From a virus (lineage: Duplodnaviria > Caudoviricetes), in the IMG/VR virus record IMGVR_UViG_3300037044_000248, positions 1 through 32,196 of that record: DNA of 32,196 nucleotides; one strand, written 5' to 3'. Numbering within the stretch: position 1 is the stretch's first letter; each line of letters starts with the position of its first letter. The notes under the pieces are model-generated. The model had not been told where the DNA came from, did not search any database, and was given only the letters and a program-made list of their open reading frames with translations. The position numbers were made by a program, and so were the translations under genes. Positions 8,537 to 16,439 of the stretch are shown piece after piece.

Positions 8537-8578
8537 AAACTGGACGAATTGTCCGCCTATGTCAAGGACAAATTGTCC
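8537..8578 (-). promoter_or_regulatory. Leftward early promoter with two operators
   Basis: TTGACA on the minus strand (8560-8565), 17 bp, then CAGTTT. Operators GGACGAATTGTCC (8542-8554) and GGACAAATTGTCC (8566-8578). Confidence 0.75.
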
Positions 8579-8584
8579 GGTTAA

Positions 8585-8854
8585 TCAGGCGCGCAGTTTC
8601 TGGCCGTTTTGAGCCGATTTAGGGGTAGACTTCCCCGTAAGCAGGTGCTCCACAGTGCAATCTGTGATGAGGGCGAACCTCTCCATAAGGTAGCCGGGGA
8701 GCGGGGAGCGCCGCTCATATTTACGGTATCGCTCCACAGGCACGCCAAGGGCGACCGCCATCTGCTCCTGTTTCCAGCCTTTGGCCACGCGAAGCTCTTG
8801 CACGCGGGCGCAAAGCTCCTGGTTGAACGCCAATTCTGCATTGCTTGTAGCCAT
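8585..8854 (-). CDS. XRE-family HTH repressor (CI-like, about 89 aa)
   Basis: RVQELRVAKGWKQEQMAVALGVPVERYRKYE HTH; divergent from the cro-like gene and flanked by operators. Confidence 0.85.
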   Translation of the reverse strand: MATSNAELAFNQELCARVQELRVAKGWKQEQMAVALGVPVERYRKYERRSPLPGYLMERFALITDCTVEHLLTGKSTPKSAQNGQKLRA

Positions 8855-8890
8855 GAGCCGATTCTTGCCCACAGCCCATGGATTCGCACG

Positions 8891-8936
8891 CGACACGTTG
8901 TCCTTGACATTCGCATCAGAACTGGACAAATTGTCC
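8891..8936 (+). promoter_or_regulatory. Rightward early promoter with two operators
   Basis: TTGACA (8904-8909), 17 bp, then CAAATT. Operators CGACACGTTGTCC (8891-8903, degenerate) and GGACAAATTGTCC (8924-8936). Confidence 0.75.
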
Positions 8937-8939
8937 CGC

Positions 8940-9146
8940 ATGGTTACAAATCAACTGACATGGGAGCTGGTCGATGCCGTCGCATCCGACCTTGGCGCGA
9001 AAGACGAGGCCCGCAGGAAATGGCGCGGTCGAGGCATCCCTGCCGATTGGAAGATCAAGATCGCGCAAGAGATGGAGATCCGTGGCCAAAGGTTTAGCGC
9101 GGGCGACTTCGATGCATTTGATACGCTCGGGAGCGCGGCAGCATGA
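8940..9146 (+). CDS. Cro-like protein (68 aa)
   Basis: VASDLGAKDEARRKWRGRGIPADW, a Cro/YdaS-like HTH; first gene after the rightward promoter. Confidence 0.72.
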   Translation: MVTNQLTWELVDAVASDLGAKDEARRKWRGRGIPADWKIKIAQEMEIRGQRFSAGDFDAFDTLGSAAA

Positions 9147-10018
9147 CCCGCTATGACGGGATGGCCTTTCCGGCCGCAGATATAAGCGAAACACAACATG
9201 GCGACATGCCTAGGCACCGCGCCGCGTACGCCGGAAAGATGGCGGATTCGGAAGACGGGTGCATTTACTGGCTCGCTGTTTCTGAGAACGGCCCATTGAA
9301 GATAGGGTTCAGCCACCGCCAGATCGTCAATAGGCGGATGGAGCAGGTTCTCCGCGACAACAACTCGGCTTCCGGCTTTGTTATCGCGGTCTGGGACGCG
9401 CGGTCCGAAGATGAGGCGCGGCTGCACTATCACCTGCGAAGGCAATGTCTGGGACGCGAACGCTACCCGCTTACTGAAGAACTTATACATCTCAGTAAGC
9501 GCCCTTCGCACGAAGTGTGCCAAATGCTTCGCGAGCAGTATCCGAATGTCTGGCATGTCAGTCAGATAATAGCGGAAATTAACCAAAATGCGCGGCTCAA
9601 CGACGTGGATTTTGAGGCGGCCGACAACATGCCGTCCGGGAAGCTTCGCGGCGCCGTCATTACTGCGATCAAGGACGCGGCCCTGATGAAGCGTGTAAAG
9701 AAATTCGACGAATCTGATTATGGCTACTTAATGGCGCAGGGGTTCTCCGATGCGGAGGCCCATACACTGCACATCCTTTTGGATGCCGGGCGGTTTGTGC
9801 CAACCGAGGAGTTGCGGGTTAGAACTTGTATGCCGGGAACGGCATGGGAGTGCGTGAAAGTGCGCATATCCTATATTCGCAAGAAGATACGCGACCGCGG
9901 TCTGCCCTACATTGTGAACACGTATTATCGCCGTGGCTACACGGCAGAGCGCACGCGGCCAAGCCCACCCGACACATCCTTCGCCGCCTTCCTCATCGAG
10001 CCGGAGCCGGAAGCATGA
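9143..10018 (+). CDS. T5orf172/GIY-YIG-like nuclease domain fused to an OmpR/PhoB-type winged-helix domain
   Basis: N-terminal CIYW...LKIGFS...RR...EARLH...GRE; C-terminal VKVRISYIRKKI...VNTYYRRGY. Confidence 0.72.
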   Translation: MTRYDGMAFPAADISETQHGDMPRHRAAYAGKMADSEDGCIYWLAVSENGPLKIGFSHRQIVNRRMEQVLRDNNSASGFVIAVWDARSEDEARLHYHLRRQCLGRERYPLTEELIHLSKRPSHEVCQMLREQYPNVWHVSQIIAEINQNARLNDVDFEAADNMPSGKLRGAVITAIKDAALMKRVKKFDESDYGYLMAQGFSDAEAHTLHILLDAGRFVPTEELRVRTCMPGTAWECVKVRISYIRKKIRDRGLPYIVNTYYRRGYTAERTRPSPPDTSFAAFLIEPEPEA

Positions 10019-10413
10019 ACCCCGCACTCTGGACAGATGCCGAGAAGGCAAAGCTCCAATCGCTGTGGGAGCGCGGAATCAGGAACTACGTGCGCCTTGG
10101 GAGAGAGATCGGACGGTCGCCGAAGTCTGTTGAAGGTCAGCGCATCCGCATGGGGCTCAAGGTGGATAATCCCCCGCGCCAGTCGCCAGCCCCTCGCAAG
10201 ACAGAGCGGTATTTCAATCCGGCACCACTCGAAGACGGTGAACTTCTGCTGCGTAAGAGGGCCGCGAGAAGTGCCAGCCAGAACCTCGCCGACGCTATCC
10301 TCGCCGCATTTCCTTACGGAACCGGCGAACTCCCCTCGGTCGCGAAATCAACGTACAATTGGCAGCGCCGTCGCCAGCCAACGCTGGTCAGCAACGGGAG
10401 TTCGATGACGTGA
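10015..10413 (+). CDS. GcrA-like N-terminal HTH regulator (132 aa)
   Basis: WTDAEKAKLQSLWERG...LGREIGRSPKSVEGQRIRMGL parallels the GcrA N-terminus (WTDERV..LKKLW.DG...R.AVIGKVHRLGL); ATGA start. Confidence 0.65.
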   Translation: MNPALWTDAEKAKLQSLWERGIRNYVRLGREIGRSPKSVEGQRIRMGLKVDNPPRQSPAPRKTERYFNPAPLEDGELLLRKRAARSASQNLADAILAAFPYGTGELPSVAKSTYNWQRRRQPTLVSNGSSMT

Positions 10414-10829
10414 TCGCAACAATCATCGTTCCCGGTGAGCCTGTCGCAAAAGGGCGCGGCCGCGTTTCGGGCAATCGCGTGTTCACGCCCGCCAAGACGC
10501 GCAATTACGAGAACCTTGTTCGCATGGCAGCGGCGGAGGCGATGGACGGCAGGCCGCCCGCTGAAGGCCCCATCTCCCTTAATCTGCGCATCTGCTTACC
10601 GATTCCAGCTTCGAAGTCGCCGCGCATCAAAGGTGACATGGCGGCGGGTCATATCCGGCCCACGAAGCGCCCGGATGCCGATAACTTCCTGAAGGCGCTT
10701 CTCGACGGCTGCAACGGCGTTGTGTTCGTCGATGACTCCCAGGTCACGGATATCCTCATCAAGAAGACCTATGACATGGTGCCGCGCTTGCAGTGCATCG
10801 TCACGCGCGCCGAAGGGGTTGCCGCGTGA
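10410..10829 (+). CDS. rusA: RusA-family Holliday junction resolvase
   Basis: VPGEPVAKGRGR and RPDADNFLKALLDGCNGVVFVDDSQV motifs; GTGA start. Confidence 0.92.
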   Translation: MIATIIVPGEPVAKGRGRVSGNRVFTPAKTRNYENLVRMAAAEAMDGRPPAEGPISLNLRICLPIPASKSPRIKGDMAAGHIRPTKRPDADNFLKALLDGCNGVVFVDDSQVTDILIKKTYDMVPRLQCIVTRAEGVAA

Positions 10830-11587
10830 ACGCCTTCCAGAAACACGGCATCAACCATCTGTCAGCCAGCAGCATCAACACATTCGCCGCTGAACCGGCC
10901 ATGTGGTGCCTTGAAAAGCTGCTCGGCAAACGCGCACCCGCAGGCGCCGCCGCACATCGCGGCATCTCGGTCGAGAAGGGTGTCGAGGCTGGTTTATTCG
11001 ACCCGGAGATGCCCGTCGAGGAATGCCAGAAAATCGCGGTGGAGGCGTTTTCACGCGCGACCGCGCTCAATTCGGACCCGCGTGTCCAGAAAGAGCGCGA
11101 GGCCATCGCGCCTGCGGTTGCTATCGCGCTCAAGGAACTGCGTCAGTACGGCATCCCGGCCAAGGCTGAAGGCGATCGTCAGCACAAGATCAGCGTTGAC
11201 ATCGAGGGTGTGCCGGTTCCGTTCGAAGGGTATCTGGATTTCCGTTTCGACGATCATGGTATCGTCGTGGATCTGAAGACGCAGTTGCGTCTGTCGTCGG
11301 CAATCAGCGAGACGCACGCGCGGCAGGGCGCGATTTATCACGCCGCGCTCGGAAACTATGAAATCCGCTTCGCCTACACGACGCCGCAGAAAATCGGCGT
11401 CTACAAGCTGGAGAACGCTGCGCAGCATCTCGCGCAGGTTGTCGGCATCGCGAAGTGTATGGAGCGCTTTCTGTCGCTGAGTGACGACAAGGAAAAGCTG
11501 GCTCTCTCGATCGCGCCGAACACGGACAGCTTCTACTGGAACAACGCAATTTCCCGCGCCCTTGCCCGCGAGGTGTGGGGCATATGA
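10826..11587 (+). CDS. PD-(D/E)XK exonuclease (RecB/Cas4-like recombination nuclease)
   Basis: HLSASSI, GYLD, VVDLKT and QGAIY motifs. Confidence 0.85.
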   Translation: MNAFQKHGINHLSASSINTFAAEPAMWCLEKLLGKRAPAGAAAHRGISVEKGVEAGLFDPEMPVEECQKIAVEAFSRATALNSDPRVQKEREAIAPAVAIALKELRQYGIPAKAEGDRQHKISVDIEGVPVPFEGYLDFRFDDHGIVVDLKTQLRLSSAISETHARQGAIYHAALGNYEIRFAYTTPQKIGVYKLENAAQHLAQVVGIAKCMERFLSLSDDKEKLALSIAPNTDSFYWNNAISRALAREVWGI

Positions 11588-11748
11588 GCAAGGCGGGGGC
11601 ACATGCTGACACCTGCGAATGGCATCTCGATCAATATGATTTCGAGTGCACCTGCGGCGTCATCCCCAACCCTGAAGAGATCAAGCCGCAATGGCTGAAG
11701 GCGCCCCGTGAGCCAGATCACGGGAAACAGAGCAAAGAGGAAAGGTAA
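11584..11748 (+). CDS. Small HxxxC...CxC protein (54 aa), not in the ORF track
   Basis: MSKAGAHADTCEWHLDQYDFECTCGVIP...; ATGA-coupled. Confidence 0.6.
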   Translation: MSKAGAHADTCEWHLDQYDFECTCGVIPNPEEIKPQWLKAPREPDHGKQSKEER

Positions 11749-11753
11749 CGGTT

Positions 11754-12386
11754 ATGGCATTCATGAGCAGTCCATCAGGCGGAGGCGACTTCAAGCCCTT
11801 CCTGAAATACAATGCAAAAGCAGGCCGTTGGTACACAAAAGCCGACGAGGCCGGCGCGGTTGAATACGAAGTCACGAATATGACCGCCGTGTTCGATATG
11901 GAGAACATCCATCCCGGCTGGTTTTTGTTTGCCGCAGGTGTCGCGCCGGTCAAGCAACTCGACCCGTCTATGTCTCAGCAGTCGGCATCGCCCGGTGATG
12001 GCTTTAAGCGCGGTTTCGAGATGCTTGTCTATTCCGACAAGAACCTCGGCGGTGTCCGTGAATTTGCGTCTACGGCAGGGGTCGTCATCGACGCCATGAA
12101 CGCCCTTCATACGGACTGGGAAGCGGCGCCTGAACGCTCGTCTGGCAAGCTCCCGGTCGTGAAATGTGTTGGAACGCTGCCGATTACTGGAAAACACGGC
12201 ACGAACTTCTCCCCCGCACTCGAAATCGTGTCGTGGGTGGACAGGCCCAGCGTGTTGCCAGGCGCGCAAGTAGCTTCGCAGCAACAGGCCGCAGCACCGC
12301 CTCCGGCATCTTCTGGCCACACGCCGCCCCCGACCGCGAGGGCGCCCGCTCCGGCTATGGCCGGGGCTGATGACGTAGAGTTCTAG
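11754..12386 (+). CDS. Probable single-stranded DNA-binding/annealing protein
   Basis: Lies between exonuclease and primase; Pro/Ala linker and acidic-aromatic C-terminus (DDVEF). Confidence 0.65.
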   Translation: MAFMSSPSGGGDFKPFLKYNAKAGRWYTKADEAGAVEYEVTNMTAVFDMENIHPGWFLFAAGVAPVKQLDPSMSQQSASPGDGFKRGFEMLVYSDKNLGGVREFASTAGVVIDAMNALHTDWEAAPERSSGKLPVVKCVGTLPITGKHGTNFSPALEIVSWVDRPSVLPGAQVASQQQAAAPPPASSGHTPPPTARAPAPAMAGADDVEF

Positions 12387-12460
12387 TTGCGTAGCCAGTC
12401 GCCGGGCCGGGCGACTGCAACACCACCCGGCCCGACTACCACTCAATCGTGAGGAAAGCA

Positions 12461-14533
12461 GTGGCAAGCGTGGTTGAACCGATCATCAGACCCGATGTCA
12501 ACGCCATCGCAGAACATCTGCGTGCGCTGTTCGACCCGCTTGCCACTGAATACCCGCAAGGGCTCATTGAAATATCCTACGGCTTTCCCGGCCCGGATCA
12601 CGGTGCGCTGTTCGGCATCAGCCGTATCGACGACGCCGTGACGTTTGCCGCTGAAATGAACGCGGACGGGAAAAACGTCTATGTCGGGGTCAACCCGCGC
12701 AAACCCGGCTCTAAGATGTCGAAGCGCGCCAGTGACAGCGATGTCGAGATTGCTGTCTGGCAGTTCGCCGACATCGACAAGAGTGAATCCGTCGAGGCGC
12801 TGAAGCCGAAGCTCGCGCTGCTCCCGAACATCAATGTCATCACCGGCCGCACGCCAAACCCGCGTCCACACCTTTACTGGCTGCTGGACGAGCCGGTTCA
12901 CAACCTCGCCGAATGGTCCGCGCGTCAGCAGGGCCTTGCCGCGAAGCTCGGCGGTGATCCGGTCATCAACCCGTCGCGCATCATGCGGCTTGCAGGCACG
13001 GTGAACTACCCGACCGACAAGAAGATGGAGCGCGGCTACAGGACCGAACTCGCCACGCTTAAGGTGTTCGATGAAGACGAGCGCCCGCCGGTTCCCGTGG
13101 GCATGTTCACCGGCTGGTGCCCGCCTGCCAAGGTGCAGGAAGCCCTCCCGGTCGCGAACGGCACATACACACCCACAGAGGCCGCACACGGCGGCGCTAT
13201 CGCAGGCAACGGCGTCAATGTCGCCAGCATCCTTCAGGCGATCCGCAGCGGCGACCAGTGGCATAACAACGTCGTGCGTCTTGTTGCCCACCTCGCCACG
13301 CGCGGCCGTACGGAAGCGGAGATTCTAGGTCTTGCCGCAAGCATCACGCTTCCCGGGTTCACCGTCGATCAGACCATCAGAGAAATGCGCCAGGCGCTCG
13401 ACGGCGCGCGCCGCAAGTGGGCGATCGAGACAGACGACGCGGCGGTTACAGAGGAAGACTTCGACCGCCCCGCGACATTCGAGCTTCTGGATATGGACGC
13501 ACTGGAAAACATGCCGCCGCCGTCTTGGCTGATCGACGAGATGATCAGCGACCACGGTCTGACGATCCTTTACGGCGACCCCGGCGCAGGTAAATCATTT
13601 ATCGCGCTCGACATGGCGCTGCGGCTGTCGTTCGGCATGGACTGGCACGGGACAACGGTGAAACCCACCGGCGTGCTCTATATCGCCGGAGAGGGCGCCA
13701 GAGGCATCGGCAAGCGCGTCAAGGGGTGGAGGAAGCACCACGGGCTTGAGGGTGCCGACGCGCCGTTCCTGCTGCTCCCTGTCGCCGTCCAGCTATTGAA
13801 CGCGGAAGAGCGCACGAAGCTCATTCACACGATCAATCTCGCCAAGGAGCGCGCCGGGTCAGAAATCGGCCTTGTCGTCATTGACACGGTGAGCCGTGCG
13901 CTCGCCGGAGCTGACGAGAACGCCCAGAACGAAATGAGCGCGTTCGTTGACGGGTGCGCAACTGTGCAGCGCCATATCGGCGGCGCCGTGATCGGCGTTC
14001 ACCACAGCGGCAAGGACAAGGACAAGGGTATGCGCGGCAGCACGGTTCTGCTCGGCGCATGCGACAGCTCGATCAGGGTAAGCAAGGAAGAGCAACTGGT
14101 AACGATCAAAACGGAAAAGCAGAAAGACGCCGAGGAAGCATCGCCGATCTACATGAAAATGGAAGTGGTGGAATGGGCACAGGGACTGGAAAAAGAGCAA
14201 AGCACATTGGTGCCGGTCAAAGCGGAACGCGGGATGAGCACAGCGCAACGCACACTGAACAGACAGCAAGTGACGATGGTATTCGACGAGGTAGAGCGCG
14301 CCTTGAAAGACAGGCGTCCGTGGTCGCCGTACCCACAGGCAGAGCGTACCGGGAGGTATCTCCCGGTGTGGGTCGCAAGCGAGTTCGACATCACCGAAGC
14401 ACACGCCGCAGAGCTTCTCTCGGCATGGCAAACGCATGGTTTCATGGAGACCGTCCACGACGTTCTCGGAGCGAAAATGGGGGCCGGTCTCGTCGTCAGG
14501 AAGCACCCCGCAACATGGGATATTGGGCAATGA
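12461..14533 (+). CDS. Primase-helicase (RepB-like AEP primase plus AAA_25/RepA helicase)
   Basis: FADID, HLYW and RIMRLAGT primase motifs; Walker A GDPGAGKS, Walker B VVIDT, HHSGK and RGS. GTG start after GAGGA. Confidence 0.88.
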   Translation: MASVVEPIIRPDVNAIAEHLRALFDPLATEYPQGLIEISYGFPGPDHGALFGISRIDDAVTFAAEMNADGKNVYVGVNPRKPGSKMSKRASDSDVEIAVWQFADIDKSESVEALKPKLALLPNINVITGRTPNPRPHLYWLLDEPVHNLAEWSARQQGLAAKLGGDPVINPSRIMRLAGTVNYPTDKKMERGYRTELATLKVFDEDERPPVPVGMFTGWCPPAKVQEALPVANGTYTPTEAAHGGAIAGNGVNVASILQAIRSGDQWHNNVVRLVAHLATRGRTEAEILGLAASITLPGFTVDQTIREMRQALDGARRKWAIETDDAAVTEEDFDRPATFELLDMDALENMPPPSWLIDEMISDHGLTILYGDPGAGKSFIALDMALRLSFGMDWHGTTVKPTGVLYIAGEGARGIGKRVKGWRKHHGLEGADAPFLLLPVAVQLLNAEERTKLIHTINLAKERAGSEIGLVVIDTVSRALAGADENAQNEMSAFVDGCATVQRHIGGAVIGVHHSGKDKDKGMRGSTVLLGACDSSIRVSKEEQLVTIKTEKQKDAEEASPIYMKMEVVEWAQGLEKEQSTLVPVKAERGMSTAQRTLNRQQVTMVFDEVERALKDRRPWSPYPQAERTGRYLPVWVASEFDITEAHAAELLSAWQTHGFMETVHDVLGAKMGAGLVVRKHPATWDIGQ

Positions 14534-14541
14534 ACGCACTT

Positions 14542-14726
14542 GCCGGAAGCGTGCCGGAAGCAGCCGGAAGCAAAACCGCCTTCCGGCAGAATGGCGGAAA
14601 ACCGTGGGTGAAGTCGCCGGAAGCGCAGAAAACCGTGCTTCCGGCAGAATGGCGGAAATCTGCGCCGGAAGGCTTCCGGCACGCTTCCGGAAGCATCCGG
14701 AAGCCGCCGCTATACCTACGGTATAG
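14542..14726. repeat. CCGGAAG iteron-like cluster, probable replication origin
   Basis: About 11 copies of CCGGAAG/CTTCCGG in both orientations, a 21-bp direct repeat (14580-14600 and 14638-14658) and the hairpin CTATACCTACGGTATAG. Confidence 0.75.
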
Positions 14727-14774
14727 TGCGTGCGCCCGCGTAAGGCGGGGCGCCGCACATGAAGGGAAATCGTC

Positions 14775-15326
14775 ATGACCCGCCGCATCTCACCCGGCGA
14801 ATACGACGTTATCGCATCGGTGATTTATCGGGTGGACGAGATCGCCCGGCAGATGGAGGCGAAGTGGGGTATGGGCAGACTGCCCGCGCTCGTCCCGATC
14901 GATCTGGCAACGCGCTTCAGGGCGCAGGCTCGGAAGTTCAATCAGGCCACCCAGGCTTACGAGTGTTATGAAATCCAGAAGCACGGTGAGGCAATGGAGC
15001 GGGCGTGGAAGGCTCTCGACGCTGCTGCAACGTCGGCGGGTGCGGAGCCGCTCCCGAATACCGTGTGGGAGGCGCGCGGACCGGACGGCAGCGTCGTGCT
15101 GATCGGCAAGACGGCGGACGAGGCGCGCACCGCCGCATTCGGGCGCAAGCACACGGCGTGGTCACTCGACGAGATAGCCAAGGCCATGACCGCGTTTCCT
15201 GAATTGCTGAAGGCCAAACATGCGTTTCCGGGCGCGGAGGTGATGTCATTCCGCCGCGATCCGTACGATCCGACAGACCCGCTCGACGATCCGCTGGACG
15301 ATATATTTCGGAGCGAAGCGGCGTGA
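14775..15326 (+). CDS. Hypothetical phage protein (183 aa)
   Basis: Clean ORF with GAAGGG upstream; ends AKHAFPGAEV...DDPLDDIF. Confidence 0.75.
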   Translation: MTRRISPGEYDVIASVIYRVDEIARQMEAKWGMGRLPALVPIDLATRFRAQARKFNQATQAYECYEIQKHGEAMERAWKALDAAATSAGAEPLPNTVWEARGPDGSVVLIGKTADEARTAAFGRKHTAWSLDEIAKAMTAFPELLKAKHAFPGAEVMSFRRDPYDPTDPLDDPLDDIFRSEAA

Positions 15327-15374
15327 CCTACGACGGCACCACATATCAAGCATAACTCACGGCAGGGGCAGGGC

Positions 15375-15722
15375 ATGGCAGTCATAGAAATAGACGACAG
15401 CATTAAGTGGGAATTGCTGAGCGTGATTGATAATCGCTTGATCTATCTGGAACGGCAAATCGCATACGATAAATACACCGGAACTAATTCGGGAGTAAAG
15501 ATGATGTATGACCGCCTCCGAAAGCTCCAAGTGGAATTAACCAGGAAACATTGCAAGGCGGAAATGCTCCGTGGAGACGCTGACGTTATTGCGCGCGCAC
15601 GGGAGGCTGCTAGGCGAAATGGGGAATGGGAAGAGGCGGATCGGCTGCGTGGGCTCCTCATCGAGGGCGGATGGAATGTTCAGGACACGACAACCGGGTA
15701 TAAACTCAGGCAGGGGGTGTGA
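15375..15722 (+). CDS. Protein with a cysteinyl-tRNA synthetase C-terminal (anticodon-binding)-like domain
   Basis: IARAREAARRNGEWEEADRLRGLLIEGGWNVQDTTTG matches the CysRS pattern R..AR..KDF..AD.IR..L...G..LED...G; AT-richer DNA. Confidence 0.7.
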   Translation: MAVIEIDDSIKWELLSVIDNRLIYLERQIAYDKYTGTNSGVKMMYDRLRKLQVELTRKHCKAEMLRGDADVIARAREAARRNGEWEEADRLRGLLIEGGWNVQDTTTGYKLRQGV

Positions 15723-16285
15723 TGGCAAAGGGCAAGGGTAAACCGAAGTTGGCGGTCGTGACGACGATCGGGCCGACCGAAGCGCAGGCCGGGCGGCACG
15801 AGTACGCCGACGCAGTGTTGCAGGAGGGCACGCTGCTCAAGGGCCGCACGGTGCGCCGCATCCCGGTCTACGTCACGATGCACAAGCAGAAACGGATTCC
15901 CGACGAGCTGATGCAGGCATTCGGCTGGTACCGCGACCGCTGGGACACGTCGCTGCACTCTCCGCTACAGGACAGCCTTGGCAAGCATCACCCTCACGGC
16001 GGCGGTAGCTACGAGCGGTTCCGCGCCCGTGTCATCGACGCCCTGTCGGATGTCGAGTACGCCGAGGCTGGCGTGCCTCCGTTCCTGCGGCCAACGCTGC
16101 GCTCTGTGGTGCTGGACGACCTCACCGCCACGGAGATCGCCCGTGCTCGCTGGGGGAAGTTCGAGCCGGGTCAGGAGCGCATAGACCGCATCGTCGGGGA
16201 GCTTCTGGCGGGGGGCTACAGGCTCACGCAGCAAGTTTCGCACATCGTGCAGAATACCCTTGCATACCCAAGTCGAAAACGCTAA
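15719..16285 (+). CDS. Probable late-transcription regulator (Q-analogue / DUF6456-like)
   Basis: Last early gene before a promoter-terminator pair; C-terminal HTH-like segment (LRSVVLDDLTATEIARARW). Confidence 0.55.
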   Translation: MMAKGKGKPKLAVVTTIGPTEAQAGRHEYADAVLQEGTLLKGRTVRRIPVYVTMHKQKRIPDELMQAFGWYRDRWDTSLHSPLQDSLGKHHPHGGGSYERFRARVIDALSDVEYAEAGVPPFLRPTLRSVVLDDLTATEIARARWGKFEPGQERIDRIVGELLAGGYRLTQQVSHIVQNTLAYPSRKR

Positions 16286-16288
16286 AAC
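16260..16288 (+). promoter_or_regulatory. Putative late promoter
   Basis: TTGCAT, 17 bp, TAAAAC, overlapping the stop of the regulator gene. Confidence 0.55.
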
Positions 16289-16302
16289 GGCTGCAATGGA
16301 AG

Positions 16303-16343
16303 AACGCGGTCTGGGCACAACGCCTTGGCCGCGTTTTTCGTTT
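16303..16343 (+). terminator. Putative intrinsic terminator in the late leader
   Basis: AACGCGGTC...GGCCGCGTT stem followed by TTTCGTTT. Confidence 0.6.
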
Positions 16344-16439
16344 CACGGTTTCCCGCGCCCGTCACATCCTCACCCGTCCCCTGAGTAACTGGCCTGCCGG
16401 ATGATGGCGCGGCGCGGGAAAGCAATGGGAGGGTAGGCC

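Noticed and set aside
8500-9000. CtrA boxes (TTAA-N7-TTAA) in the immunity region
   Set aside because: Only an isolated TTAA half-site was seen; no full site by eye.
10826-11587. Cas4-like nuclease as evidence of a CRISPR-Cas system
   Set aside because: No other cas genes or array, and no four-Cys Fe-S motif; its context (RusA, SSB, primase) is phage recombination.
14542-14704. Repeat cluster considered as a CRISPR array
   Set aside because: Units are 7-9 bp, in mixed orientation and irregularly spaced, with no 25-40 bp repeat-spacer periodicity.
15375-15722. Host cysS fragment marking a prophage boundary or att site
   Set aside because: It is flanked by phage genes on both sides, is in frame within an intact ORF and is clearly diverged from a real CysRS.
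16349-16421. Hammerhead ribozyme or tRNA in the late leader
   Set aside because: CTGAGTA does not match the CUGANGA core, and no cloverleaf or T-loop motif is visible.
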